DNA of 63,137 bases, counting the filler, from Octopus bimaculoides (taxonomy: Eukaryota): the NCBI RefSeq assembly GCF_001194135.2. It is 4 parts of 4 records of this genome, joined end to end, with 100 filler letters (N's around TTAATTAATTAA, not from the genome) between each part and the next. Parts side by side here need not be neighbours in the genome. Positions count along the whole stretch, not along the records: positions 1 to 26,837 come from NC_068994.1; 3 more parts are not named here. The stretch is one strand, 5' to 3'. The notes below the pieces were generated by a model that saw only the letters and a list, made by a program, of their open reading frames with translations, was not told the origin of the DNA and made no database searches. A program made the translations under genes and the position numbers. Positions 12,897 to 23,753 of this stretch are shown one piece after another (the first letter of the stretch is position 1; the number at the start of each line of letters is the position of its first letter).

Positions 12897-13426
12897 TATC
12901 GTATGAACAAAACAGGTTATGTGAGTATTAGATTTACGTAAGTCTTCACAGACTTAACGGTCATCAGATGTACCTGATGATATTTGAGACAGTCTTTTTG
13001 TCAATTTTTTTCTGCGTCATTAAATTTGACACTCTTTCACTTCTTCCTCTCTGATTTTCTTCTCTTTTTCTTTCAAGTCTTCTGCTTCACACCCTTTGAA
13101 TCTCTCCCTCTTTTTATTTCCATGTCTCCCGAATATCATTCACCTCTCTCTGATAATCAATATCTTTCCAGCTTCTTCCCTTTCGTCTCACCACTATATC
13201 TATCTATATAACTTTCTTTCGCTTTATATGTATATCTTTCTGTTTCTTTCTCTTCCCATTTCAATCTTCTTTTTTTTTTTTCCTTCTCACTCAATGTTTC
13301 TTCCATTAGTTTGTCTTCTTTTTCTCTTAACCTCAGTCCCCCTCCTCTTCCGCTTTTCTCACCACCTTCAAATAACTCTAATCTCTCTTTAGCTTCTGTA
13401 TTTTTTTTTGTCCCTAAAACTAAACA

Positions 13427-13434
13427 ATGACCAG
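13427..13434 (+). CDS. Candidate start exon of gene 1 (ATG ACC AG|)
   Basis: AAACAATG start context then CAG|GTAACA donor. The phase 2 exit fits the phase 2 entry of 18332, giving MTRKKWRNKNVREWL. Very short, so it could be chance. Confidence 0.3.
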
Positions 13435-13846
13435 GTAACACAACAACTACAACAAACAACTACACTAAAAACGAAAGTCAAGAAACAAATGAAAGTCGAC
13501 CCCATCACAACCACCATATTGTTGCAGTTGTTTTGTTGTTATTTTATCGCATAAGACAGAGAAAAAGAATGACTGAAGGCAGAATAGTCTGACTATTCAT
13601 ATTTTTCTCTTTTTCTTTATGTCCCAAGAAGGGAATTTCTCATGAATTATTTACAGAAGCCATATCAATAGTAATCATTTTCTCACATGAATTTCCAAGA
13701 GAGAACTGGGCGAGAAGATGAGAGGCTTTTATACTCGATTTATGACTGCTGTTTATTTCGCCGATCAGGCGGCGAGCTGGCTGAATCGTTAGCACGAAAT
13801 GTTGTCCGGCGTTGTATGTGTTTATTGAGCGAAAACNNNNNNNNNN

Positions 13847-13885
<39 letters not shown>

Positions 13886-14845
13886 GGGGAAGGCCGGTTT
13901 ATGGGATTACTTTAGGTTTCCCGTCCATAAAGGGTTTAGTTTTATGGTGTATCGTCAGATCACAAAAACCTGTTGGTCCACGGAATGTGTATATATGTAT
14001 GTATGTATGTATGTATGTACGTATGTATGTATGTATGTGTATACATTCATACATACATGTAACATGCACGCATCCATCCATACATACATACATACATACA
14101 TGCATGCATGCATACGTACATACGTGTGTATGTATATGTATTTCACCGGTTCCCAGACTTGTTTTACACGCGCCGCACTTGAAAGCAAAATAAAAAGTTG
14201 GTGCACTTAGACTATAAAGTTTTTTTTAAAAATGTATTAACAATAAATATTCAGATATTTTAACCAATAAACTATATGTAATTTTAACTGCAGAAAATTA
14301 TCGAGTATTAAGTTCTTTATTACATAAATAACTCGTAAAATGTTATTGAATAAAGAAAACTATTTGTTAAAAAATTCATCATATAAAGGTGTTGCGTTTA
14401 TTTATTTTATTTATTTATTCGTTCGTNNNNNNNNNNNNNNNNNNNNNNNNNNNNNNNNNNNNNNNNNNNNNNNNNNNNNNNNNNNNNNNNNNNNNNNNNN
14501 NNNNNNNNNNNNNNNNNNNNNNNNNNNNNNNNNNNNNNNNNNNNNNNNNNNNNNNNNNNNNNNNNNNNNNNNNNNNNNNNNNNNNNNNNNNNNNNNNNNN
14601 NNNNNNNNNNNNNNNNNNNNNNNNNNNNNNNNNNNNNNNNNNNNNNNNNNNNNNNNNNNNNNNNNNNNNNNNNNNNNNNNNNNNNNNNNNNNNNNNNNNN
14701 NNNNNNNNNNNNNNNNNNNNNNNNNNNNNNNNNNNNNNNNNNNNNNNNNNNNNNNNNNNNNNNNNNNNNNNNNNNNNNNNNNNNNNNNNNNNNNNNNNNN
14801 NNNNNNNNNNNNNNNNNNNNNNNNNNNNNNNNNNNNNNNNNNNNN

Positions 14846-16220
14846 TTTTTGATGGCTTGACAATTTCATGGATTCATGATGAGTTCGAAACACAGGGTAC
14901 CATGCATGATGTGCAGAAAGGGAAATCCGGCAGACCTCTTGCAGTAACAAGTGCTTCTTCCTCGGCTGTGGTGTTGAAACATTTCACACGCGTGCCATTA
15001 AAATCTACCGCACAGTACAAGTATGCAACGCATTGTTAAAAGAGCGAAGTGGAAAGTTTGTATCTCGAAATTATCACATGCGGTTATCGGCGACAATCCT
15101 GATAAAAGGATCTAGTTTTGTGAGTGGTTTCAGCACACATTGTAGGCAATGATGAAAAGTTTGTAAGACCGATTGCATGGTCTGATGAAGCACTATCAGT
15201 TAAATGGAAGCGAACTGACATATTTGTGTTCAGTGGGCACCAGAAAATCCTTGCTTGCATCTGGACAAAGCACTTGATTTACCGGGGTTTATGTCTGGTG
15301 TGTGGAGGCGCAATGGCCCAGTGGTTAAGGGCAGCGGACTCGCAGTCGTAGGATCGCGGTTTCGATTCCCAGACCGGGCGTTGTGAGCGTTTATTGAACG
15401 AAAACACCTAAAGCTCCACCAGGCTCTGGCAGGGGATGGTGGCGAACCCTGCTGTACTCTTTCACCACAACTTTCTCTCACTCTTACTTCCTGTTTCTGT
15501 TGTGCCTGTAATTCAAAGGGTCAGCCTTGTCACACTCTGTGTCACGCTGAATATCCCCGAGAACTACGTAAAGGGTACACTTGTCTGTGGAGTGCTCAGC
15601 CACTTACACGTTAATTTCACGAGCAGGCTGTTCCGTTGATCAGATCAACTGGAACCCTCGTCGTCGTAACCGACGGAGTGCCAAAAGAGTATGTCTGGTG
15701 TGAAGTATCATCGAGAGGTTTCATTGCATCATTTTTCTTTGAAGGTACTTTTACTGGTCAAGTGTACCTAGACATGCAATGCACGTCCATTTTACCAGCC
15801 ATGCATGCACTTTATGACGGTGATGACTTTTTCTTTCAAGACTGCCACGCTTTGGCCGAGACGTGCGATCTGACCTGGATGAGAATTTACAAGAACACTG
15901 GATAAGACTCCTCCACACATTCTTCTGATTTAACATCTGCAGACTTTTATTTATGGGACACCTTAGAGAATGTTGCATATTGAAGAAAACCTGTTACACT
16001 GATGGCCATTTGGAAAGAAACTGAAAAAGAATGTAAAGCAATCTCTCCGGACATTTTGACCAACGTTGCCCAAGCAGAAGTTCGCCATACTAATAAGTCA
16101 CCAGAAGCTAATGGTCACCACTTTAAGAAACACTTGTAATTGTAGAGGTTAAATGTAATTTATATTAATCCTGCAATGTCTGAATAAATTTAATATTAAA
16201 ATATTTTTACACGTTTTCTT
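14846..16220 (+). mobile_element. Tc1/mariner-superfamily transposase remnant interrupted by a SINE
   Basis: EFETQGTMHDVQKGKSGRP (HTH region), IAWSDEA, VWCEVSSRG...FFFEGTFTGQVYLDM and DLTSADFYLWDTL; 5' end lies in a gap. Confidence 0.85.
15303..15689 (+). mobile_element. Young tRNA(Arg)-derived SINE with target-site duplication
   Basis: A-box TGGCCCAGTGG and B-box GGTTTCGATTCC, TCG in the anticodon loop, 13-bp TSD TATGTCTGGTGTG (15290-15302 and 15690-15702). Decayed relatives near 46245-46520 (-), 47255-47370 (+) and 51880-51950 (-). Confidence 0.9.
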
Positions 16221-18331
16221 TTCTTGAAGTTTGTGTGTGTGTGTGTACATTAATACATATGACAGGGTGGTTAAAAATGACTGCATGTATGAATAATATA
16301 AAATATAAAATATTAATTATACAAAACAACTAATTTAATTTATTGCCTCACAAGGACGTCGAACAAATGAATTATCAAACGAACAGAAATTACTTTCATA
16401 CAGGTTTTTTTAGAATTCACAGCGCTTTCTCTCATATCTTTAAAAATAAAACATCTTTCCCATAGATATTTTAGGAAAGTCTTCAACCTTGTATTACATC
16501 TGACGCTATTAGATGTTTAACACAAAAGAATTACTATAGAGTGTAGTTAAGGAGTTCAGACTATATATTGTTGACCTTCTGAAGTAGCTAATACTGAAGG
16601 TAAGTGACAGAACGCCACCATACTGATATTGTTTTCCATCGCTACATAAAAACTGCTGCACCTAATTTTTTTCTTTGTATTTAAAGCGGTTTTCACTTTT
16701 TCATTTTATTTTATTTCGTATTGCTTCCTATCCTGAAAACTTCACAAAAGAGGGAGAGAGAAAAAGAGAAATATTGAGGGAAGGGAGTACATGTGTCCTG
16801 TTATATCCAAAAGAAGGTGGTCGATATTTCGTACCCTCATCACAGGCGTTGTTGTTTCCCTGGAGACCAGAATAGAATTTCTTAATTCGCCCTAGTTCAT
16901 AGCGAAGGCAACAGGGCCTATAACAAGTGAGATTCAACTGGAATACCGGTCCGGCGCCTGGAGAGCTAGGGAGAACCTTTATAACTGTCCACCGGACCTC
17001 TCCCCAAAAAGAAAAAAAAAGAAAAACAAACTCACAGCCATTTGAATTTTAAAGTTTTGAGAGAATACTCCTCTTTTCTAGGCACAAAAATGGTCTTATG
17101 TGCGTTGCCAAATTTCTGTTAGAGGAATTGCGTTCAAGTACATCTGTGAACCAAGGCAGGACTGGACTTAAATGAAGAGAATTTCTGGACTATTCCACTT
17201 GTGGGGGTCCTCACAAAGGGATATAATTGTATACATTGCTGGCTGGAAGTTCTCTAGATTTTGAGACCCCCCAAGCTTCATTTCTGGCATGTCTGTTAGT
17301 AAATTCAACTCTGAACCGAAGGACTGTATCGGAATTTTTGAAATGACTAATGCAACCTTATGGGGAAAGTAAAGGGTACGAAATTGAGGACCAAAAATGT
17401 GTAAAATCTAACTTTAAAAAAAAAAAATCAGAATCGTAATTCCTGTTATAGAAAACTCAAATATATGAAAAACGTTGTAGGGAACACCATTCAATTCCAT
17501 ATTCGTTTCTTCCCCCATGAAGTACAGATAATCAATCCAAAACTCTGCCTTGATTGCAATGTACTCCAACTCCAATGTATTATTCTTTAATAAAAAGAAA
17601 CCCTCCAGATGCTTCCTGTACTGTGTCTACCCACTTACTTTTTCTAATGTCTTCCAAAGCCCCCTGATCTTAACAAGCATATGGCATTGTGGTTAAGAGC
17701 ACAAGCTACTAACCCCAAGATTCTGAGTTCGATTCCAAGCAGTGCCCTGAATAATAATAATAATAATAATAACAACACTCTCTATCTTCTAAGCATCAGA
17801 GATTCAGAATCTATATACAATTTTCCTTACAATAATTTTTTTAAATGAGAAACTGATAGGGTTAGGGTGTTTATAACTGTAGTATTATACATATATATAC
17901 ATATATACATACATACATACACACACACACCTCTCTCTCTCTCTCTGTATATATATATATATATATATATACCGGAGTAAGCACATGAAATGTGCAACAA
18001 GGTGGAAAAAAGAGTACTCAAATACCAGAGGTAGAGTAATATGCTTTATTTAAAAGCAGCAGAAATATAACAAAAGACTTTTGCTTTGAGACTTCTTTTC
18101 ATCCTTAATAAATTGTAACCTAAAATAACATCCTTCCACCCCACCCCCCACCCTTAAATTTTCAGAAAGGGAAACAGCTAATACTTTCAAAGTGTAAACA
18201 AACTAAATTTTATACACTTGAAACACAAAAGTACCACAAACGAAACCTGACCCCTCCCTGCTAACCTTTATCAGATTTTAATTAAAAATAACAATAATAA
18301 TAATTATTAAATGAAAACTTTTTTTTATTAG

Positions 18332-18443
18332 AAAAAAATGGCGTAACAAGAACGTTAGAGAGTGGTTAAAAATATTCACACTGAAGCAAATAAGTGACGA
18401 GAATTTTCCATATCAAATAGAAATATTCAATACCATTGAATTG
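18332..18443 (+). CDS. Candidate SAM-like exon of gene 1
   Basis: Acceptor TTTTTTTATTAG, donor TTG|GTAAGT; open frame KKWRNKNVREWLKIFTLKQISDENFPYQIEIFNTIEL fits the SAM helix-1 pattern W-x4-V-x2-WL-x4-L-x-Q. The phase 0 exit does not join directly to 19087. Confidence 0.5.
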
Positions 18444-19086
18444 GTAAGTTTTTGTTGAGAATGTTGTAACGCTGGTCTGTAGAGTTCAGAACAAGGCAAG
18501 GACTGTACTGCTACGTTGGACATATGTTATCAGCTGTCACCATGGCAGATGTAAAAGCTTATAAAATATGCTTGATATGTAAAATTCTGATTAATATTTT
18601 ATACTGCATAGTCAATCTGTCTGTCTATTTGCCATTCTATCTATCTATCTGTGTATCTATCTATCAATCTATCTATCTATTCATCTATCTATTCATCTAT
18701 CTATCTATCAATCTATCTATCTATCTATCTATCTGTCTATCTGTCTATCTAACTATCTATCCATCTATCTGTGTGTCTGTCTGTCTGTCTTACCAAACAT
18801 TATGAAATGCAAATAGGAGTAGAATCATTAGCATGCCAGGCAAAACACTTAGCAGCATTTTGTCTGTCTTTACATTCTGGGTTCAAATTCCACTGAGGTC
18901 GATTTTTCCTTTCATCCTTTCAAGGTCGATAAATTAAGTACCAGTTATGTACTGGGGTCAATCTAATCGACTGGCCCCCTTCCCCCAAAATTTCAGGCTT
19001 TGTGCCTAGAGTAGCAAAGAATAATGTTCTGTTTGTACTAAAAGCTTATACATATTTCACAGTTGTCTGTCTGTTTGTCTTTCCAG

Positions 19087-19471
19087 AGGGATGGAAGACT
19101 TTGAGGAGTCAGTACCACACCTCAGTCGACCAATGGTACAAGTGTCCATAGCACAAATACCAATCCCAGAGGTACCGTCACCAGAGGTATTAATGCCGCC
19201 ATCACCAACACATGCGGTGCCGTCTCCATTAGTATTCCCACCAGGGATACAAATGGAACAAGATGAGCCAACACAAGATGCACCATCGCCTCAGATACCA
19301 GTACCACCACCACTACCACCATCATCACAGGTACCGTTATTACAAGTGTCCAAACCACCGGCATCACCAACACCACCATCACCACAGGCGTCAGGGGTAC
19401 CGTCATCACAAGAACCAAAATCATCACCGACAGCGACGCTAGAGGTACCACCAGGAGAAATACCGACACCA
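19087..19471 (+). CDS. Gene 1 proline-rich exon
   Basis: Polypyrimidine tract plus TTCCAG acceptor, CCA|GTAAGT donor; frame [12 protein letters not shown]...[11 protein letters not shown]...GEIPTP, not a simple microsatellite. Confidence 0.8.
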
Positions 19472-22400
19472 GTAAGTTCTTTTATAAATGTATTGTAAGT
19501 TAAAGAATAACTCTTCTTGTATGTGTTGAAAGTGGTGATGGTGGTGGTGGTGTTCGTGCTGTTGTTGTTGTTGTTGCTACTGCTGCTGCTGCTGCTGTTG
19601 TTGTTGTTTAACCCTAGGTTAGTCCTAATCCAGCAGACTTATTATCAAAAGGTGTTCCAGAAATGACCCTCCCTTATCTTTCCTTTTGAAGCCGGTGCTG
19701 ATGCCATGTAAAAGGCATCCAATCCACTCTGTAGTGGTTGGCATTAGGAAGGGCATCCAGCCATAAAAACCAAGCCAAAACAGACAGTGGAGCTTAGTGC
19801 ACTTGATCCTTTGTTTATTCAGCATCTCTGAGATGATGTGAGGAACGGGGAAGTTCTCCTTGAACACTAACAACAGAATGAACCCCAACTAGAGGCACCT
19901 TAGGTCCTGGTAATGCTGTTAAACCAATCAATAAATCAACTCTACAACCCAAAGACTCCTAACCCCAATTTTTTCCTAAATTCAACGTATATTGTTTTCC
20001 AACACCAATAAATATTGATTGCTAAGATGAAATGATATTGGTTCCTAAAATCAATACATAATAATTGCCAACATTGATTTATATCGAAGGTGTTTATAAG
20101 CCATCTAAAAAACACACAAAAGCCATTAGATTCTCTTCAGCATTTAAATTTAATTTGTTGAAATATTTTCGGCGCTTTGAAACCGCAACCTGAGAAAATT
20201 GCATGCTGCATCTTGGAATTTATTTCAGTGAATAGGTTGCGGTTTAAAAGTGATGAAAATATTTTGACAAATTAAATTTAAATGTTGAAGTGGGGTCCGT
20301 GGACAGCAAATACTTTTTATGAGCAATTTGATTTTATGTTTTTTAATCGAAATCTTTTAATTGACAATAAACCTATTTGGTAAATACTGTTAAATAAATA
20401 AATGTAAAACTATATATTATTTTAAGCAAATATTTATGTATAAATTTCATAAGCGTTTATAAGGGGGTCCCTAAGGTAAAGCCTGAAATATAATGGGGTC
20501 TGCAAGTCAAAAAGTTTGAAAACCCCTGGACTAAGGAATCAATTGTTTGTTTAATGTGTTGTTCATGGAATCAATCATTCGTTTGTCAAAGTTCTTTTGT
20601 CACTATTCTTAACCCCATCAATAACATGTCTCCTCTCTTCAAGGTATGACCTTTTTTTCTTAATCTTTAATCATTAACAATTCACTCATTTGATAATTAT
20701 ATATATTTTTTTAATTATTGGTACGTGATAACAATTATAATTTTTTGCTTTATTTCAGATGAGAACAAAACCATGTGAGTACAGAACATTTAAAAATGTG
20801 TGTGTGTGCATGTGTGTACATATATATATATATTTTTCCATTTATTTGTTTCAATCATTTGACTGTGGCCATGCTGTAGCACTGCTTTTTAGTCGAATAA
20901 ATCGACACCAGGACTTATTCTTTGTAAGCCTAGTACCTAATCGGTCTCTTTTGCCGAACATTTACCAAAAATGTTTTTTATTTTTCATTCCCTTTCAAAA
21001 TTATCCCTTATTGTGGTATAGAGTTTTTGACTACTCTTTCTGGCGGGTTAGATGTCCTATTATAGGCATCTCTGTATTTTAAATGAATTATATATATANN
21101 NNNNNNNNNNNNNNNNNNNNNNNNNNNNNNNNNNNNNNNNNNNNNNNNNNNNNNNNNNNNNNNNNNNNNNNNNNNNNNNNNNNNNNNNNNNNNNNNNNNN
21201 NNNNNNNNNNNNNNNNNNNNNNNNNNNNNNNNNNNNNNNNNNNNNNNNNNNNNNNNNNNNNNNNNNNNNNNNNNNNNNNNNNNNNNNNNNNNNNNNNNNN
21301 NNNNNNNNNNNNNNNNNNNNNNNNNNNNNNNNNNNNNNNNNNNNNNNNNNNNNNNNNNNNNNNNNNNNNNNNNNNNNNNNNNNNNNNNNNNNNNNNNNNN
21401 NNNNNNNNNNNNNNNNNNNNNNNNNNNNNNNNNNNNNNNNNNNNNNNNNNNNNNNNNNNNNNNNNNNNNNNNNNNNNNNNNNNNNNNNNNNNNCGTGGGT
21501 AAGGCCAAAACAATGCGAAGTAAATGCAAGGCAAATCACAAGAAAACAAATATCTGAATTAATGTAGACTTACCTTGTATTCAATATTTTGGGGGTTGTG
21601 ACCCCGTTTTCAAGAAATTAATGAATGTTGCTGATGGGTGTGTGTGTGTGAGTATGTGTGGAGTGGACATGTGCGGAAAGGTGTTGCTCTAGCAACCAGC
21701 TAGCTTCCTGTAACTCTCTTCTATTGTTGATCTTAGGTTGATCATACATATTTGTGATTGTGTATGTAGCTGACGGTTTGAATGTACAGATGCATCTAAA
21801 TACACATAAAACAGCAAAGCTTCTCTGTTGACTTCTTTGCAGTTGAGCCCTTCACAAGGAAGTTCTTTGGAATCCCTTACCATTATCCACCAATGCTGAA
21901 GCTCAGTGAAAGTGACCTGACCAATGCACGAAAATGCCTTAAGAAAGTCTTTTTGGGTGACAACGAAGTAAGTTTCAAATCCAAAAATGTAGAGAAAAGC
22001 CTACCCACAAGGCAAAGTGAGTACCCACTATTATTAAGCTTGTTTTCACAGCTATGTGTATCTATGAGTGTGTCTGTGTGCGTGCGTGTTTGTATATAAG
22101 TGTGTATACACAAACCACTGCATCTTATATACTCAGTTTTATTCTCAACTCATTTCTGCTCTGGCATTCATTATCATCATTATCATCATCATCATCATCA
22201 TCATCATCATTTCACATCCATCTTCCATGCAGACATGGGTCGAACAGTTTGACAGGAGCTAGCAAGCCAGAGGGATTGTACCAAGCTCTACTATCTGCTT
22301 TCATATAGTTTCTTTGGCTGCATGCCCTTCCTAACACTGACCGCACTAACATTACACATCCATCAAGGCCGGTCACTTCATTTCCTCAGTTTTTGCACAT

Positions 22401-23719
22401 CTGTTGCACCAACCTGGAATTTCTAAGGACCCATTTTATTGCTAGATAGTGGTTGAACATATACTAAAGTTCAGCCAGCCTTTTGACAGGTCTGGTTTTT
22501 TCGTCCTGCTGGGTTTCCAGCAATCCTCCTCACCAGGCAATCCTAGTGCAGGTGCCAGTTTAGTCACTGACAACCCAACCGTGCAACAGGCTGTACTGGA
22601 TTGCATGTTACCAATAGCACTTCTGAGAAACCTCGCAAGTGACCTGACACACAGTCATACCTGTGGGTAATTCCATTTTCACATTTACCCTGTTCTTCTC
22701 TTCATTCTTCTTATATTTTCATTGTATTTGGAAAACTTATCCATCTTCATCTGTTTCAAATTTACAGGAAATAGTCGGCGGTTTTCTGATGGGTCTGTGA
22801 ATGTCGAATTTAAACAGAACTTCTACAAAGAACTTGACAAACGGCTTAAAGAAATAAAATTAGCGGTATGTGTTACATCTGCTGTTTGTATTTTAGCATT
22901 CTGTTTCTAAAACACATACACACAAGCATGTACACACATGGACACAGACACAATGACACTGACACACCCATACACACTCACACACATAAACACACACATA
23001 CACACAAACACAGACACACACATGCACACACGAACTCACACATATGCACATACACACACACACACACAGAGCTATGAATTAAATACACCGATGTACATAC
23101 ACACACACACATACATAGAGCTGCTCTCACACATACAAACACTCAAGCTCATACACTCACACATACATACCTACCCCCTACTGGCATTGTTGTTTATATT
23201 TTGAATTGCATATATCATGACCAAGACCTTTGGCAATATGCTGTACTTGAGAAGAAGACCCATCAAGCCAAGTGAAATCATAGTCATGTTTTATGTGGCA
23301 TATAAAAGCACCCATTACACCCTCAGATTGGTTGGCATTAAGAAGGGCATCCAGCTGTAGAAACCATGCCAAATCAGACTGGAGCCTGGTATAGCCCCTC
23401 AGTTCATTAGCCCTGGTCAAACTGTCCAACTCATGCCAGCATGGACAACGGACGCTAAATGAGGATGATGATGATGATGGATGAAGCACCAAAATGTTTT
23501 AAGTGCTTACGAGGGGGTACTAAAAAGTTGCTGGTTTTGATGGTACTGTGAAAGGCTTGGTTGGCGGCCCAACTTCCAAGTTCTTTTTACAGGGCTTAAA
23601 AAAACTGAAGGACCACTGCAATAAGTGTGTGAGTCTGAGAGGGGAATATGTTGAATAAAATCACAACTGATCTTTCTGTATCTCCTTTTACCCTCAGCCA
23701 AAAACTTTTCAGCATCCCC

Positions 23720-23753
<34 letters not shown>

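Noticed and set aside
15303-15380. Functional tRNA-Arg gene
   Set aside because: It continues into a 310-bp body and is flanked by a TSD; it is a SINE head.
17400-17640. Minus-strand open stretch with a donor-like GTAAGT
   Set aside because: No recognisable product and no chain of compatible exons.
19122-19469. 115-aa minus-strand Val-rich ORF
   Set aside because: Antisense shadow of the proline-rich coding exon.
20592-20643. Donor-like AAG|GTATGA at 20644
   Set aside because: No acceptor gives a frame-preserving exon.
22521-22666. Possible extra gene 1 exon ([14 protein letters not shown]...)
   Set aside because: The acceptor is in phase with donor 21968 but its donors are weak or out of phase; it lies beside repeat-like sequence and the model closes without it.
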